Positions 1 through 11,920 of a stretch of DNA of 64,000 nucleotides are shown piece by piece. The notes under the pieces were generated by a model. That model saw only the letters and a list, made by a program, of their open reading frames with translations, did not search any database and was not told the DNA's origin. This stretch comes from the human T2T-CHM13v2.0 reference genome, Homo sapiens. Within the stretch, counting starts at the first letter, position 1. Each line of letters starts with the position of its first letter. The DNA is taken from assembly GCF_009914755.1 (NCBI RefSeq), contig NC_060946.1. The stretch is one strand, 5' to 3'. A program made the position numbers and the translations under genes.

Positions 1-168
1 TTTTTCCACAATAGGCCACAAAGCTCTCCAAATGTCCACTTGCAGATCCTACAAAAAAAGTGTTTCAATGCTGCTCTATCAAAAGAATGGTTCAACTCTG
101 TGAGTGGAAAGCACACATCACAAAGAAGTTTCTGAGAACGATTCTATTTAGTGTTTATGTGATAATAT

Positions 169-185
169 TCCCGTTTCCAACGAAG
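169..185 (-). other. CENP-B box, perfect
   Basis: tcccgtttccaacgaag is the reverse complement of CTTCGTTGGAAACGGGA. Confidence 0.95.
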
Positions 186-2768
186 GCCTCTAAGCGGTCC
201 AAATATCCACCTGCAGATTCTACTAAAAGAGTGTTTCAAAACTGCTCTATGAAAAAGTATTTTCAACTCTGTGAGATGAATGCAAACATCACAAAGAAGT
301 TTCTGATAATGCTTCAGTCTACTTTTTATGTGAAGATATTACCTTTTCAACCATACGTCTCAAAACGCACCAAATGTCCACTTGCAGTTTCTGCAAAACG
401 AGTGTTTCAAAACTGCTCTATGAAAAGGAAGGTTCAACTCTGTGAGTTGAATGCGAACATCACAAAGAAGTTTCTGAGAATGCTTCTGTCTAGTATTTAT
501 GTGAAGATATTCCCTTTCCCACCATAGGCCTCAAACTCTCCAAATGTCCACTTGCAGATTCTACAAAATGAGTGTTTCAAACCTGCTCTATCAAAAGAAA
601 GCTTCAACTCTGTGAGTTGAATGCACACATCCCAAAGAAGTTGCTGAAAATGCTTCTGTCTAGTGTTTATGTGAAGATATTCCCGTTTCCAACAAAGGCC
701 TCCAAGCGGTCCAAATGTCCACTTGCAAATACTACAAAAGGAGTGTTTCAAAACAGCTCTATGAAAAGGTGTGTTCAACTCTGTCAGTTGAATGGAAACA
801 TTCCAAAGTAGTTTCTGAGAATTCCTCTGTCTGGTTTTTATTTAAAGATATTTCTTTTTCCACGATAGACCTCAAAGCACCCCAAATGTCCGCTTGCAGA
901 TTATACAAAAAGAGAGTTTCAAACCTGCTCTATCAAAAGAAAAGTTCAACTCTGTGAGTTGAATGCACAAGTCACAAAGAAGTTTCTGAGAGTGCTTCCA
1001 TCTAGTGTTTATGTGAAGATATTACCGTTTGCAACGAAAGCCCCAAAATGGTCCAAATATCCACTTTCAGATTCTACACAAAGAGTGTTTCAAACCTGCT
1101 CCATCGAAATAAAGGTTCAACTCCGTGAGTTGAATGCATACATCACAAAGACGTTTCTGAGAATGCTTCTATCTAGTTTTTATATGAAGATATTTCCTTT
1201 TCCACCACAGGCCTCAATGCACTCCCAATGTTCACTTGCAGATTCTGCAAAAAGAGTGTTTCAAACCTGCTTTATCAAAAGAAAGCTTCAACTCTGTGAG
1301 TTGAATGCACACATCACAAAGAAGTTTCTGAGAATGCTTCTGTCTAGTGTTTCCGTGAAGATATTCCCGTTTCCAATGAAGGCCTCAAAACGATCTAAAT
1401 ATCCACTTGGCAAATATACAAAAAGAGTGTTTCAAAACTGCTCTATGAAAATACATGTTCAACTCTGTGACTTGAATGGAAACATCACAAAGTAGTTTCT
1501 GAGAATTCTTCTGTCTGGTTTTTATTTAAAGATATTTTCTTTTCCACCATATGCCTCAAAGCTCTCCAAATGTCCATTTGCAGATTCTACCTCAAAGCTT
1601 TCCAAATATCCACTTGCAGATTCTACAAAAAGAGTGTCTCAAAACTGCTCTATCAAAAGAAATATTCAACTCTGTGAGTTGAATGCACACATCACAAAGA
1701 AGTTTCTGAGAATGCTTCTGTCTAGTTTCTAGGTGAAGATATTCCAGTATCCAATGAAGGCCTCAAGGCAGTCAAAATATCCACTTGCACATTCTAAAAA
1801 AAGAGTGTTTAAAAACTGCTCTATGATAAAGCATGTTCAACTCTGTGAGTTGAATGCACACATCACAAAGAAGTTCCTGAGTATGCTTCTGTCTAGTGTT
1901 TATGTGAAGATATTCCCGTTTCCTACAAAGATCTCAAAGCGGTCCAACTATCCACTTGCAGATTCTACAAAAAGAGTGTTTCAAATCTGCTCCACGATAA
2001 GGTATGTTAAACTCTGTGAGCTGAATGCAAACATCACAAAGCAGTTCCTGAGAATGCTTCTGTCTAGTTTTTATGTGAAGATATTTCCTTTTCCACCATA
2101 GGCCTCAGACCTCTCAAAATGTCAACTTGCAGATCCTACAAAAGGAGTGATTCAAACCTGCTCTATCAAAAGAATGGTTCAACTCTGTGAGTTGAATGCA
2201 CACATCACAAATAAGTTTCTGAGAATGCTTCGGCCTAGTGTTTATGTGAAGATATTTCCTTTTCCAATGAAGGCCTCAAAGTGGTCCAAATATCCACTTG
2301 CAGATTCTACAAAAATAGTGTTTTAAAACTGCTGTATGAAAAGGTATGTTCAACCCTGCGAATTGAAGGCAGACATCAAAAAGAAGTTTCTGAGAATGAT
2401 TCTGTCTAGTTTTTATGTGAAGATATTTCCTTTACCACAATAGGCTTCAAAGTGCTCCAAACGTCCACTTGCAGATTCCACAAAAAGAGTGTTTCAAACC
2501 TGCTCTATCAAAGGAAAGGTTCAACTCTGTAAGTTGAATGCACACATCTCAAAGAAGTTTCTGAGAATTCTTCTGTCCAGTTTTTATATGAAGATATTCA
2601 GGTTTCCAACGATGGTCTCAAAGCGTTCCAAATATCCACTTGCAGATTCTACGAAAAGAGTGTTTCAAAACTACTCTATGAAAAGTTATGTTCAACTCTG
2701 TGAGTTGAATGCAAACATCACAAAGAAGTTTCTGAGAATCCTTCTTTCTAGTGTTTATGTGAAGATAT

Positions 2769-2785
2769 TCCCGTTTCCAACGAAG
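2769..2785 (-). other. CENP-B box, perfect
   Basis: tcccgtttccaacgaag. Confidence 0.95.
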
Positions 2786-4291
2786 GCCTCAAGGCGGTCC
2801 AAATATCCACTTGCTGATCCTACTAAAAGAATGTTTCAAAACTGTTCTATGATAAAGTATGTTCAACTCCGTGAGTTGAATGCACACAACACAGAGAAGT
2901 TTCTGAGAATGCTTCTGTCTAGTGTTTATGTGAAAATATTCCCGTGTCCAACTAAGGCCTCAAAGTGGTCCACATATCCACTAGCAGATTCCACAAAAAG
3001 AGTGTTTCAAAACTACTCCATGAAAAGGTATGTTCAACTATGTGAGTTGAATGCAAGCATCACAGAGAAGTTTCTGAGAATGCTTCTGTGTAATTTTTAT
3101 GTGAAGGTATTTCCTTTTCCACCATAGGCCACAAATCGCTCCAAATGTCCACTTGCAGATTATAGAAAAAGAGTGTTTGAAACCTGCTCTATAAAAAGAA
3201 AGGTTGAACTCTGTGAGTTGAATGCACACGTCACAAAGAAGTTTCTGAGAATGCTTCTATCTAGTTTTTATGTGAAGATATTCCGGTTTCCAACAAAGGC
3301 GTCAAAGCGGTCCAAATATCCACTTGCAGATACTCCTAAACGAGTGTTTCAAAACTGCTCTATGATAAAGTATGTTCAACTCTGTCAGTTGAATGCAAAC
3401 ATCACAAAGAAGTTTCTGAGAATGCATCTGTCTAGTTTTTATGTGACGATATTCCCGTTTTCAAAGACGGCCTCAAAGCGGTCCAAATATCCATTTGCAG
3501 ATTCTACAAAAAGAGTGTTTCAAAACTGCTCCATTAAATGATATATTCCACTCTGTGAGTTGAATGCAAACATCACAAAGTAGTTTCTGAGAATGCTTCT
3601 GTCTAGTTTTTATGTGATGATATTTCCTTTTACACCATAAGCCTCAAAGGTCTCCAAATGTCCACTTGCAGATCCTACAAAAAGAGTGTTTCAAACCTGC
3701 TCTATCAAAAGAATGGTTCAACTTAGTGAGTTGAATGCAGACTTCACAAAGAAGTTTCGAAAATTCTTCAGTCTAGTGTTTATGTGAAGATATTACCATT
3801 TCCAATGAAGGCCCCAAAGCGGTCCAAATATCCACTTGCAAATTCTGCAAGAAGAGTGTTTCAAAACTGCCCCATGAAAAAGTATGTTCAACTGTGTGAG
3901 TTGAATGCACACAGCACAAAGTAGTTTTTGAGGCAGCTTCTGTTTAGTGATTATGTGAAGATATTCCCGTTTCCAATGAAAACTTCAAATCGGTCTAAAC
4001 CTGCTCTATAAATAGGTCAAACCTGCCCTATAAAAAGAAGGGTTCAACTCTGTGAGTTGAATGCACACATCAGAAAGAAGTTTCTGAGAAAGCTTCTGTC
4101 TAGTTTTTATGTGAAGATATTTCCTTTTCCACCAGAGTCCTCAAAACGCTCCAAATGTCCACTTGTAGATTCTACAAAAAGACTGTGTGAAACCTTATCT
4201 ATCAAAAGAAAGGTTCAACTCCGTGAGGTGAATGCACACAGCATAAATAAGTTTCTGAGAAAGCTTCTGTCTAGTGATTATGTGAAGATAT

Positions 4292-4308
4292 ACCCGTTTT
4301 CAACGAAG
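4292..4308 (-). other. CENP-B box retaining the 9 core nucleotides
   Basis: acccgttttcaacgaag matches the reverse complement of NTTCGNNNNANNCGGGN. Confidence 0.85.
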
Positions 4309-7300
4309 GCCTCAAAGCGGTACAAATATCCACTTGCAGATTCTACTAAGAGAGTGTTTCAAAACTGCTCTATGATAAAGTATGTTCAACTCTGTGAGAT
4401 GAATGCAAACATCAGAAAGAGGTTTCTGAGAATGCATCTGTCTAGTTTTTATGTGAAGATATATCCTTTTCCACGATAGGCCTCAAAGCGCTCCAATATC
4501 CACTTGCAGATTCTACAAAAGGAGTGTTTCAAACCTGCTATATCAAAAAAAGGTTCAACTCTCTGAATTGAATGCACACAACACAAAGAAGTTTCTGAGA
4601 ATGCTTCTGTCTAGTGTTTATATGAAGATATTCCCGTTTCCAACGGAGGCCTCAAAGCGTTCCAAATATCCACTTGCAGATTCTACTAAAGGGTGTTTCA
4701 AAACTGCTCAATGAAAAGGTATGTTCAATTCTCTGAGTTGAATACAAACATCACAGAGAAGTTTCTGAGAATGCTTCTGTGCAGTTTCTTTGTGAAGATA
4801 TTTCCTTTTCCACCATAGGCCTCAAAGCGCTCCAAATGTCCACTTGCAGATTCTCCAAAAAGAGTGTTTCTAACCTGCTATGTCAAAAGAAAGGTTCAAC
4901 TCGGTGAGTTGAATGCACACAGCACAAAGAAGCTTTTGAGACAACTTCTGTTTAGTGATTATGTGAAGATATTCCCTTTTCCAACGAAAGGCTGAAAGCG
5001 GTCTAAATATCCACTTGCAGATTCTACTAAAAGAGTGTTTCAAAACTGCTCTATGATAAAGTATGTTCAACTCTGTGAGTTGAATGCAAACATCAGAAAG
5101 GAGTTTCTGATAATGTATCTGTCTAGTTTTTATGTGAAGATATTCCCGTTTCCAAAGAAGGCCTCTAAGCGTTCCAACTATCCAGTTGCAGATTCTACAA
5201 AAAGAGCGTTTGAAAACTGCTCCATGAAAAGGTATGTTCAAACCTGTGAGTTGAATTCAAACATCACAAAGAAGTTTCTGAGAAAGCTTCTGTCTAGTTT
5301 TTATGTGAAGATATTTCCTTTTCCACCATAGGCCTCAAAGCTCTGCGAATGTCCACTTGCAGATTCTACAAAAAGAATGTTTCAAACATGCTCAATCAAA
5401 AGAAAGGTTCAACCCTGTCAGATGAATGCTCACATCACAAAGTACTTTCTGAGAATGCTTCTGTCTGGTTTCTATCTGAAGATATTCCCGTTTCCAATGA
5501 AGGCCTCAAAGCGGTCCAAATATCCACTTGCAGAATCTACGAAAAGAGTATTTCAAATCTGCTCTATGAAAAGGAAGGTTCAACTCTGTCAGTTGAATGT
5601 ACACATCACAAAGAAGTTTCTGAGAATACTTCTGTCTGGTTTTTATTTAAAGATATTTCCTTTTCCAGCATAGGCCTCAAAGCTCTCCAAATGTCCACTT
5701 GCAGATTCTACAAAAAGAGTGATTCAAAACTGCTCTATCAAAAGAAAGGTTCAACTCTTTGAGTTTAATGAACACCTTACATAGAAGTTTCTGAGAATGC
5801 TTCCATCTAGTGTTTGTGTGAAGATATTCTCGTTTCCAGCGAAGGCCTCAAACGTTCCAAATATCAACTTGCAGATTCTACAAAAAGAGTGCTTCAAAAA
5901 TGCTAAATGTAAAGGTAGGTTCAACTCTGTGAGTTGAATGCAAACATCCCAAAGTAGTATCTGAGAGCTCTTCTGTCTGGTTTTTACTTAAGATATTTTC
6001 TTTTCCATCATAGGCTTCAAAGCTCTCCAAAGGTCCGCTTGCAGATTCTACAAAAAGAGTGTTTCGAACCTGCTCTATCAAAAGAAAAGTGCAACTCTGT
6101 GAGTTAAATGCACACATCACCAAGAAGTTCCTGCGTATGCTTCTGTCTAGTTTTTGGGTGAAAATATTTCCATTTCCACCATAGACCTCAAAGCTATCCA
6201 AATGTCCTCTTGCAGATACTACAAAAAGGGTTGTTCAAACCAGTTAGATCAAAAGAAAGGTTCAAATCTGTGAGTTCAATGCACACATCACAAAGAAGTT
6301 TCTGAGAATGCTTCTGTCTAGTTTTCATGTGATGATATTTCCTTTTCCAACATAGGCCTCAATGCTCTCCAAATGTCCACTTGTAGATTCCACAAAAAGA
6401 GTGTTTCAAACCTGCTCTACAAAAAGAAAGTTTCAACTCCGTGAGTTGAATGCACACATCTGAAAGAAGTTTCTGAGAATGGTTCTGTCTAGTGTTTATG
6501 TGAAGATATTCCCGTTTCCAACAAAGGCCTCAAAGCGGTCCAAATATCCACTTGCAGATTCTACTAAAGGGTGTTTCAAAACTGCTCTTTCAAAAGGTAT
6601 GTTCAACTCTGTGAGTTGAATGCAACATCCAAAAGAAGTTTCTGAGAATTCCTCTGTCTGCTTTTTATATAAAGATACTTCCTTTTCCACCATAGGCCTC
6701 AAAGCTCTCCAAATGTCCACTTGTTGATCCTACAAAAAGAGTGGTTCAAACCTGCTGTATCAAAAGAAAGGTTCAACTCTATGAGTTGCATGCACACATC
6801 ACAAAAAGTTTCTGAGAATGCTTTTGTCTACTGTTTATGTGAAGCTATTCCCATTTCCAATGAAGGCCTCAAAGCGGTCCAAATATCCACTTGCAGATTC
6901 TACTAAAATAGTGTTTCAAAACTGCTCTATCAAAAGGTATGTTCAACTCTCTGAGTTGAATGCAACATCATAAAGAAGTTTCTGAGAATGCTTCTGTCTA
7001 GTTTTCATGTGAAGGTATTTCCTCTTCCACCATAGGCCTCAAAGCGTTCCAAAGGTCCACTTGCAGATTCTACAAAAAGAGTGTTTCAAACCTACTCTAT
7101 CAAAAGAAAGGTACAACTCTGTGAATTGAATGCACACGTCAGAAAGAAGTTTCTGAGAATGCTTCTGTCTATTAAGTGAAGATATTCCCTTTTGCTATGG
7201 AGGCTTCAAATAGGTCCAATTATCTACTTGCAGATTATACGAAAAGAGTGTTTCAAAACTGCTCTTTGAAAAGGAAGGTTCAACACTGTGAGTTGAATGC

Positions 7301-7660
7301 AAACATCACTAAGAAGTTTCTGAGAATGCTTCTATCTAGTTTTTATGTGAAGATATACCCGTTTCCACCATAGGCCTCAAAGCTATCCAAATGTCCACAT
7401 GCAGATTCTGCAAAAACAGTGTTTCAAATCTGCTCTATCAAAAGAAAGGTTCAAGTCTGTGAGTTGAATGCGCACATCACAAAGAAGTTTCTGAGAATGC
7501 TTCTGTCTAGTTTTTATGGGAAGTTATTTCATTTTCCACCATAGGCCTCAAAGCTCTCCAAATGTCCACTTGCAGAATCTTCAAAAAGACTGTTTCAAAC
7601 CTGCTGTATCAAAAGAATGGTTCAACTCTGTGAGTTGAATGCACACATCACAAAGAAGTT

Positions 7661-10600
7661 TCTCAGAATGCTTCTGTGTGGTTTTTATTTGAAGATATTT
7701 CCATTTCCACATTAGGTCTCAAAGGTCTCCAAATATCCACCTGCAGATTCTACAAAAAGAGAGATTCAAAACTGCTCAAGGAGAAGATATGTTCAACACT
7801 GTGGGTTGAATGCACACCTCACAAAAAGTTTCTCAGAATGTTTCTGTGCAGTTTTTATATGAAGATATTTCCTCTTCCACATAAGGCCTCAGAGCTCTCC
7901 AAATATCCACTTGCAGACTCTGCAGAAAGAGAGATTCAAAACTGCTCAATCAAAAGTTAGGTTCAACAGTGTGAGTTGAATACACACATCACGAAGAAGT
8001 TTCTGAGAATGCTTCAGTGTAATTTTTATGTGAAGATATTTCCTTTACCACAATAGTCTTCAAAGCTCACCAAATGTCCACTTGCAGATTCTACAAAAAC
8101 AGAGATTCAAAACTGCTCAATCAAAAGACAGGTTCAACACTGTGAGTTGAATGCACACAACACAAAGAAGTTTCTCAGACTCTTTCTGTGTAGTTTTTAC
8201 GTGAACATATTTGATTTTCCACAGTAGGCCTCAAAAGGCTCCAAATATCCACTTGCAGATTCTGCAAAAAGAGGGATTCAAAACTGCTCAATCAAAAGAG
8301 GTTCAACTCTGTGAGTTGAATGCATACATCACAAAGAAGTTTCTCTGAATGGTTCTGTGTAGTTCTATTTGAAGATAATTCCTTTCCACTGTAGGGCATA
8401 AAGGGCTCCAAATATCCACTTGCAGATTCTACAAAAACAGAGATTCAAAACTGCTCATTGAGAAGATAAGTTCAACTCAGTGAGTTGAATGTACACATCA
8501 CGAAGAAGTTTCCTAGAATGCTTCTGTGTAGTTTTTATTGAAGATATTTCCTTTTCCACCATAGGGCACAAAGGGCTCCAAATATCCACTTGCAGATTCT
8601 ACAAAAACAGAGATTCAAAACTGCTCATGGAAAAGATAAGTTCAACTCAGTGAGTTGAATGTACACATCACGAAGAAGTTTCTTAGAATGCTTCTGTGTA
8701 GTTTTTATTGAGGATATCTCCTTTTCCACCATAGGGCACAAAGGGCTCCAAATATCCATTTGCAGATTCTAGAAAAATAGAGACTCTAAACTGCTCAATC
8801 AAAAGATATATTCAACTCTGTGAGTTGAATCCCCACATCACAAAGAAGTTTCTCAGAATGCTTCCGAGTAGTTTTTAAGTGAAGATGTTTCCTTTTCCAC
8901 AATAGGCCACAAAATTCTCCAAATATCCACTCGCAGATTCTACAAAAACGGTGTTTCAAAACTGCACAATGAAAAGAAAGGTTCAACTCAGTGAGATGAA
9001 TGCACACATCACAAAGAAGTTTCTCAGAATCCTTCTGTGTTGTTTTTATGTGAAGATATTTCCTTTCCACTATAGGCCTCAATGGGCTCCAAATATCCAC
9101 TTCCATATTCTAGAAAAATAGTGTTTCAAAACTGCTCAATCATGAGATAGATTCAACCCTGTGAGATGAATGCACATGTCACTAAGTAGTTTCTCAGAAT
9201 GCTTCTGTGTAATCTTTATGTGAAGATATTTGCTTTTCCACAGTAGGCCTCAAAGGGCTCCAAATATGCACCTGCAGATTTTGCAAAAAGAGAGATTCAA
9301 AATTGCTCAATCAAAAGATATGTTCAGTTCTTTGAGTTGAATGCATAAATCACAAAGAAGTTTGTCTGAATGTTTCTTTGTAGTTTTTATTTCAAGATAT
9401 TTCCTTTTGCACCACAGGGCTGAAAGGGCTCCAAATATCCACTTGCAGATTCTACAAAAAGAGAGATTCAAAACTGCTCAATCAAAAGTTAGATTCAACT
9501 CTGTGACTTGAATGCACACATCACAAAGAAGTTTCTCAGAATCTTTCTGTGTAGTTTTTATGTGAGCATATTTGATTTTTCACAGTAGGCCCCAAAGGGC
9601 TCCAAATATCCACCTGCAGATTCTGCAAAAAGCGGGATTCAAAACTGCTCCATCAAAAGATAGGATCAGCTCTGTGAGTTGAATGCATACATCACAAAGA
9701 AGTTTCTCTGAATGGTTCTGTGTAGTTTTATTTGTAGATATTTCCTTTTCCACAATAGGGTGAAAGGGCTCCAAGCATCCACTTCCAGATTCAACAAAAC
9801 AGAGATTGAAAACTGCTTAATGAGAAGATAAGTTCAACTCAGTCAGTTGAATGCACACATCATGAAGAAGTTTCTTAGAATGCTTCTGTGTAGTTTTTAT
9901 TGAAGATAATTCCTTTTCAACCATAGGGTGCAAAGGGCTCCAAATATCCACTTGCAGATTCTAGAAAAAGAGAGACTCTAAACTGCTCAATCAAAAGATA
10001 GGTTCAACTCTGTGAGTTGAATCCCCACATCACAAAGAAGTTTCTCAGAGTACTTCTGAGAAGTTTTTATGTGAAGATATTTTCTTTACCACAGTAGGCC
10101 TCAAAATTCTCCAAATATCCACTTGCAGATTCTACAAAAAGAGTTTCAAAACTGCTCAATCAAAAGAAAGGTTCAACTCTGTGAGATGAATGCACACATC
10201 ACAAAGAAGTTTCTCAGAATGCTTCTGTGTAGTTTTTATGTGAAGCTATTTCCTTTTCCACAATAGGCCTCAAAGCTCTCCCAACATCCACTTGCAGATT
10301 CTGCAAAAAGAGAGATTCAAAACTGCTCAATTGAAAGACAGGTTCAACTCTGTGAGTTGAATGCACACATCACAAAGAAGTTTCTCAGAATGCTTCTCTG
10401 TAGTTTTTGTGTGAACATATTTGATTTTCCACAGTAGGCCTCACAGCGCTCCAAATATCCACTTGCAGATTCTACAAAAAGAGAGATTCAAAACTGTTCA
10501 ATCAAAAGATAGGTTCAACTCTGTGAGTTGAATGCATACATCATGAAGAAGTTTCTGAGAATGCTTCTGCATAGTTTTCATTTGAAGATATTTCCTTTCC

Positions 10601-11920
10601 CACCATAGGCCACAGAGGGCTCCAAATATCCACTTGCAGATACAACAAAAAGAGTGTTTCAAATCTGCTCAATCAAAAGAAAGTTTCAACTCTGGGAGAT
10701 GAATGCATCCATCACAAAGGAGTTTCTCAGAATGCTTCTGTGTAGTTCTTATCTGAAAATATTTGGTTTTACAGTGTAGGCCTCAAAGCGCTACAAATAT
10801 CCACTTGCAGATTCTACAAAAAGAGTGTTTCAAAACTGCTCAATCATAAGCTAGGTTCAACCCTGTGAGATGAATGCACACATCACGAAGAAGTTTCTCA
10901 GAATACTTCTGTGTAGTTTTTATGTGAAGATATTTGCTTTTCCACAGTAGGCCTCAAAGGGTTCCAAATATCCACCTGAAGATTCTGCCAAAAGAGAGAT
11001 TCAAAACTGCTGATTCAAAAAATAGGTTCAACTCTGTGAGTTGAATGCATACATCACAAAGCAGTTTCTCTGAATGCTTCTGTGTAGTTTTTATTTGAAG
11101 ATATTTCCTTTTCCACCATAGGGTGCAAAGGGCTCCAAATATCCACTTGGAGATTCTACCAAAAGAGAGATTGAAAACTCCTCAATGAGAAGATAAGTTC
11201 AACTTTGTGAGGTGAATGCACACCTCCCAAAGAAGTTTCTCACAATGCTTCTGTGTAGTTTTTATGTGAAGATATTTGCTTTTCCACTGTAGGCCTCAAA
11301 GGGCTCGAAATATCCACCTTCAGATTGTACAAAAAGAGAGATTCAAAACAGCTCAATCAAAAGATAGGTTCAACTCTGTGAGTTGAATACACACATCACA
11401 AAGAAGTTTCTCTGAATGCTTCTGTGTAGTTTTTATTTCAAGATATTTCCTTTTCCACCATAGGATGCAAAGGTCTTCAAATATCCACATGCAGATTCTA
11501 CAAAAAGAGAGATAGAAAACTCCTCAATGAGAAGATAATTTCAACTCCGTGAGTTGAATGCACACCTCACAAAGCAGTTTCTCAGAATGCTTCTGTGTAG
11601 TTTTTATGTGAAGATATTTCCTTTTCCACAATAGGCTTCAAAGCTTTCCAAACAACCACTTGCGGATTCTGCAAAAAGAGAGATTCAAAACTGCTCAATC
11701 AAGACGTAGTTTCCACTCTGTGAGTTGAATCCAAACATCACAATGGTGTTTCTCAGAATACTTCTGAGTAGTTTTTATGTGAAGATATTTCCTTTTCCAC
11801 AATAGGCCTCAAACGGCTCCAAATATCCACTTGCAGATTCTACGAAGAGAGTGTTTCAAAACTGCTCAATCAAAAGAAAGGTTCAACTCTGTGAGATGAA
11901 TGCACACATCACAAAGAAGT
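7661..11920 (-). repeat. Alpha satellite layer 2: box-less A-type monomers with relic multimer periodicity
   Basis: Switch to tttctcagaa, ctgtgtagt, gagagattcaaaa, gataggttc, aagggctcc, aaatatccac. No CENP-B boxes. Boundaries approximate. Confidence 0.85.

Larger units (their letters stand above)
1..7660 (-). repeat. Alpha satellite layer 1: irregular mix of B-type (CENP-B box) and A-type monomers, SF5 (R1/R2)-like
   Basis: ~171-bp tandem units. Diagnostic words ctgctctat, gagttgaatg, tttctgagaa. Box position is either TCCCGTTTCCAACGAAG-like (B) or TTCCTTTTCCACCATAG (A), alternating irregularly. Strand is given relative to the CENP-B box. The family name is inferred. Confidence 0.9.
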
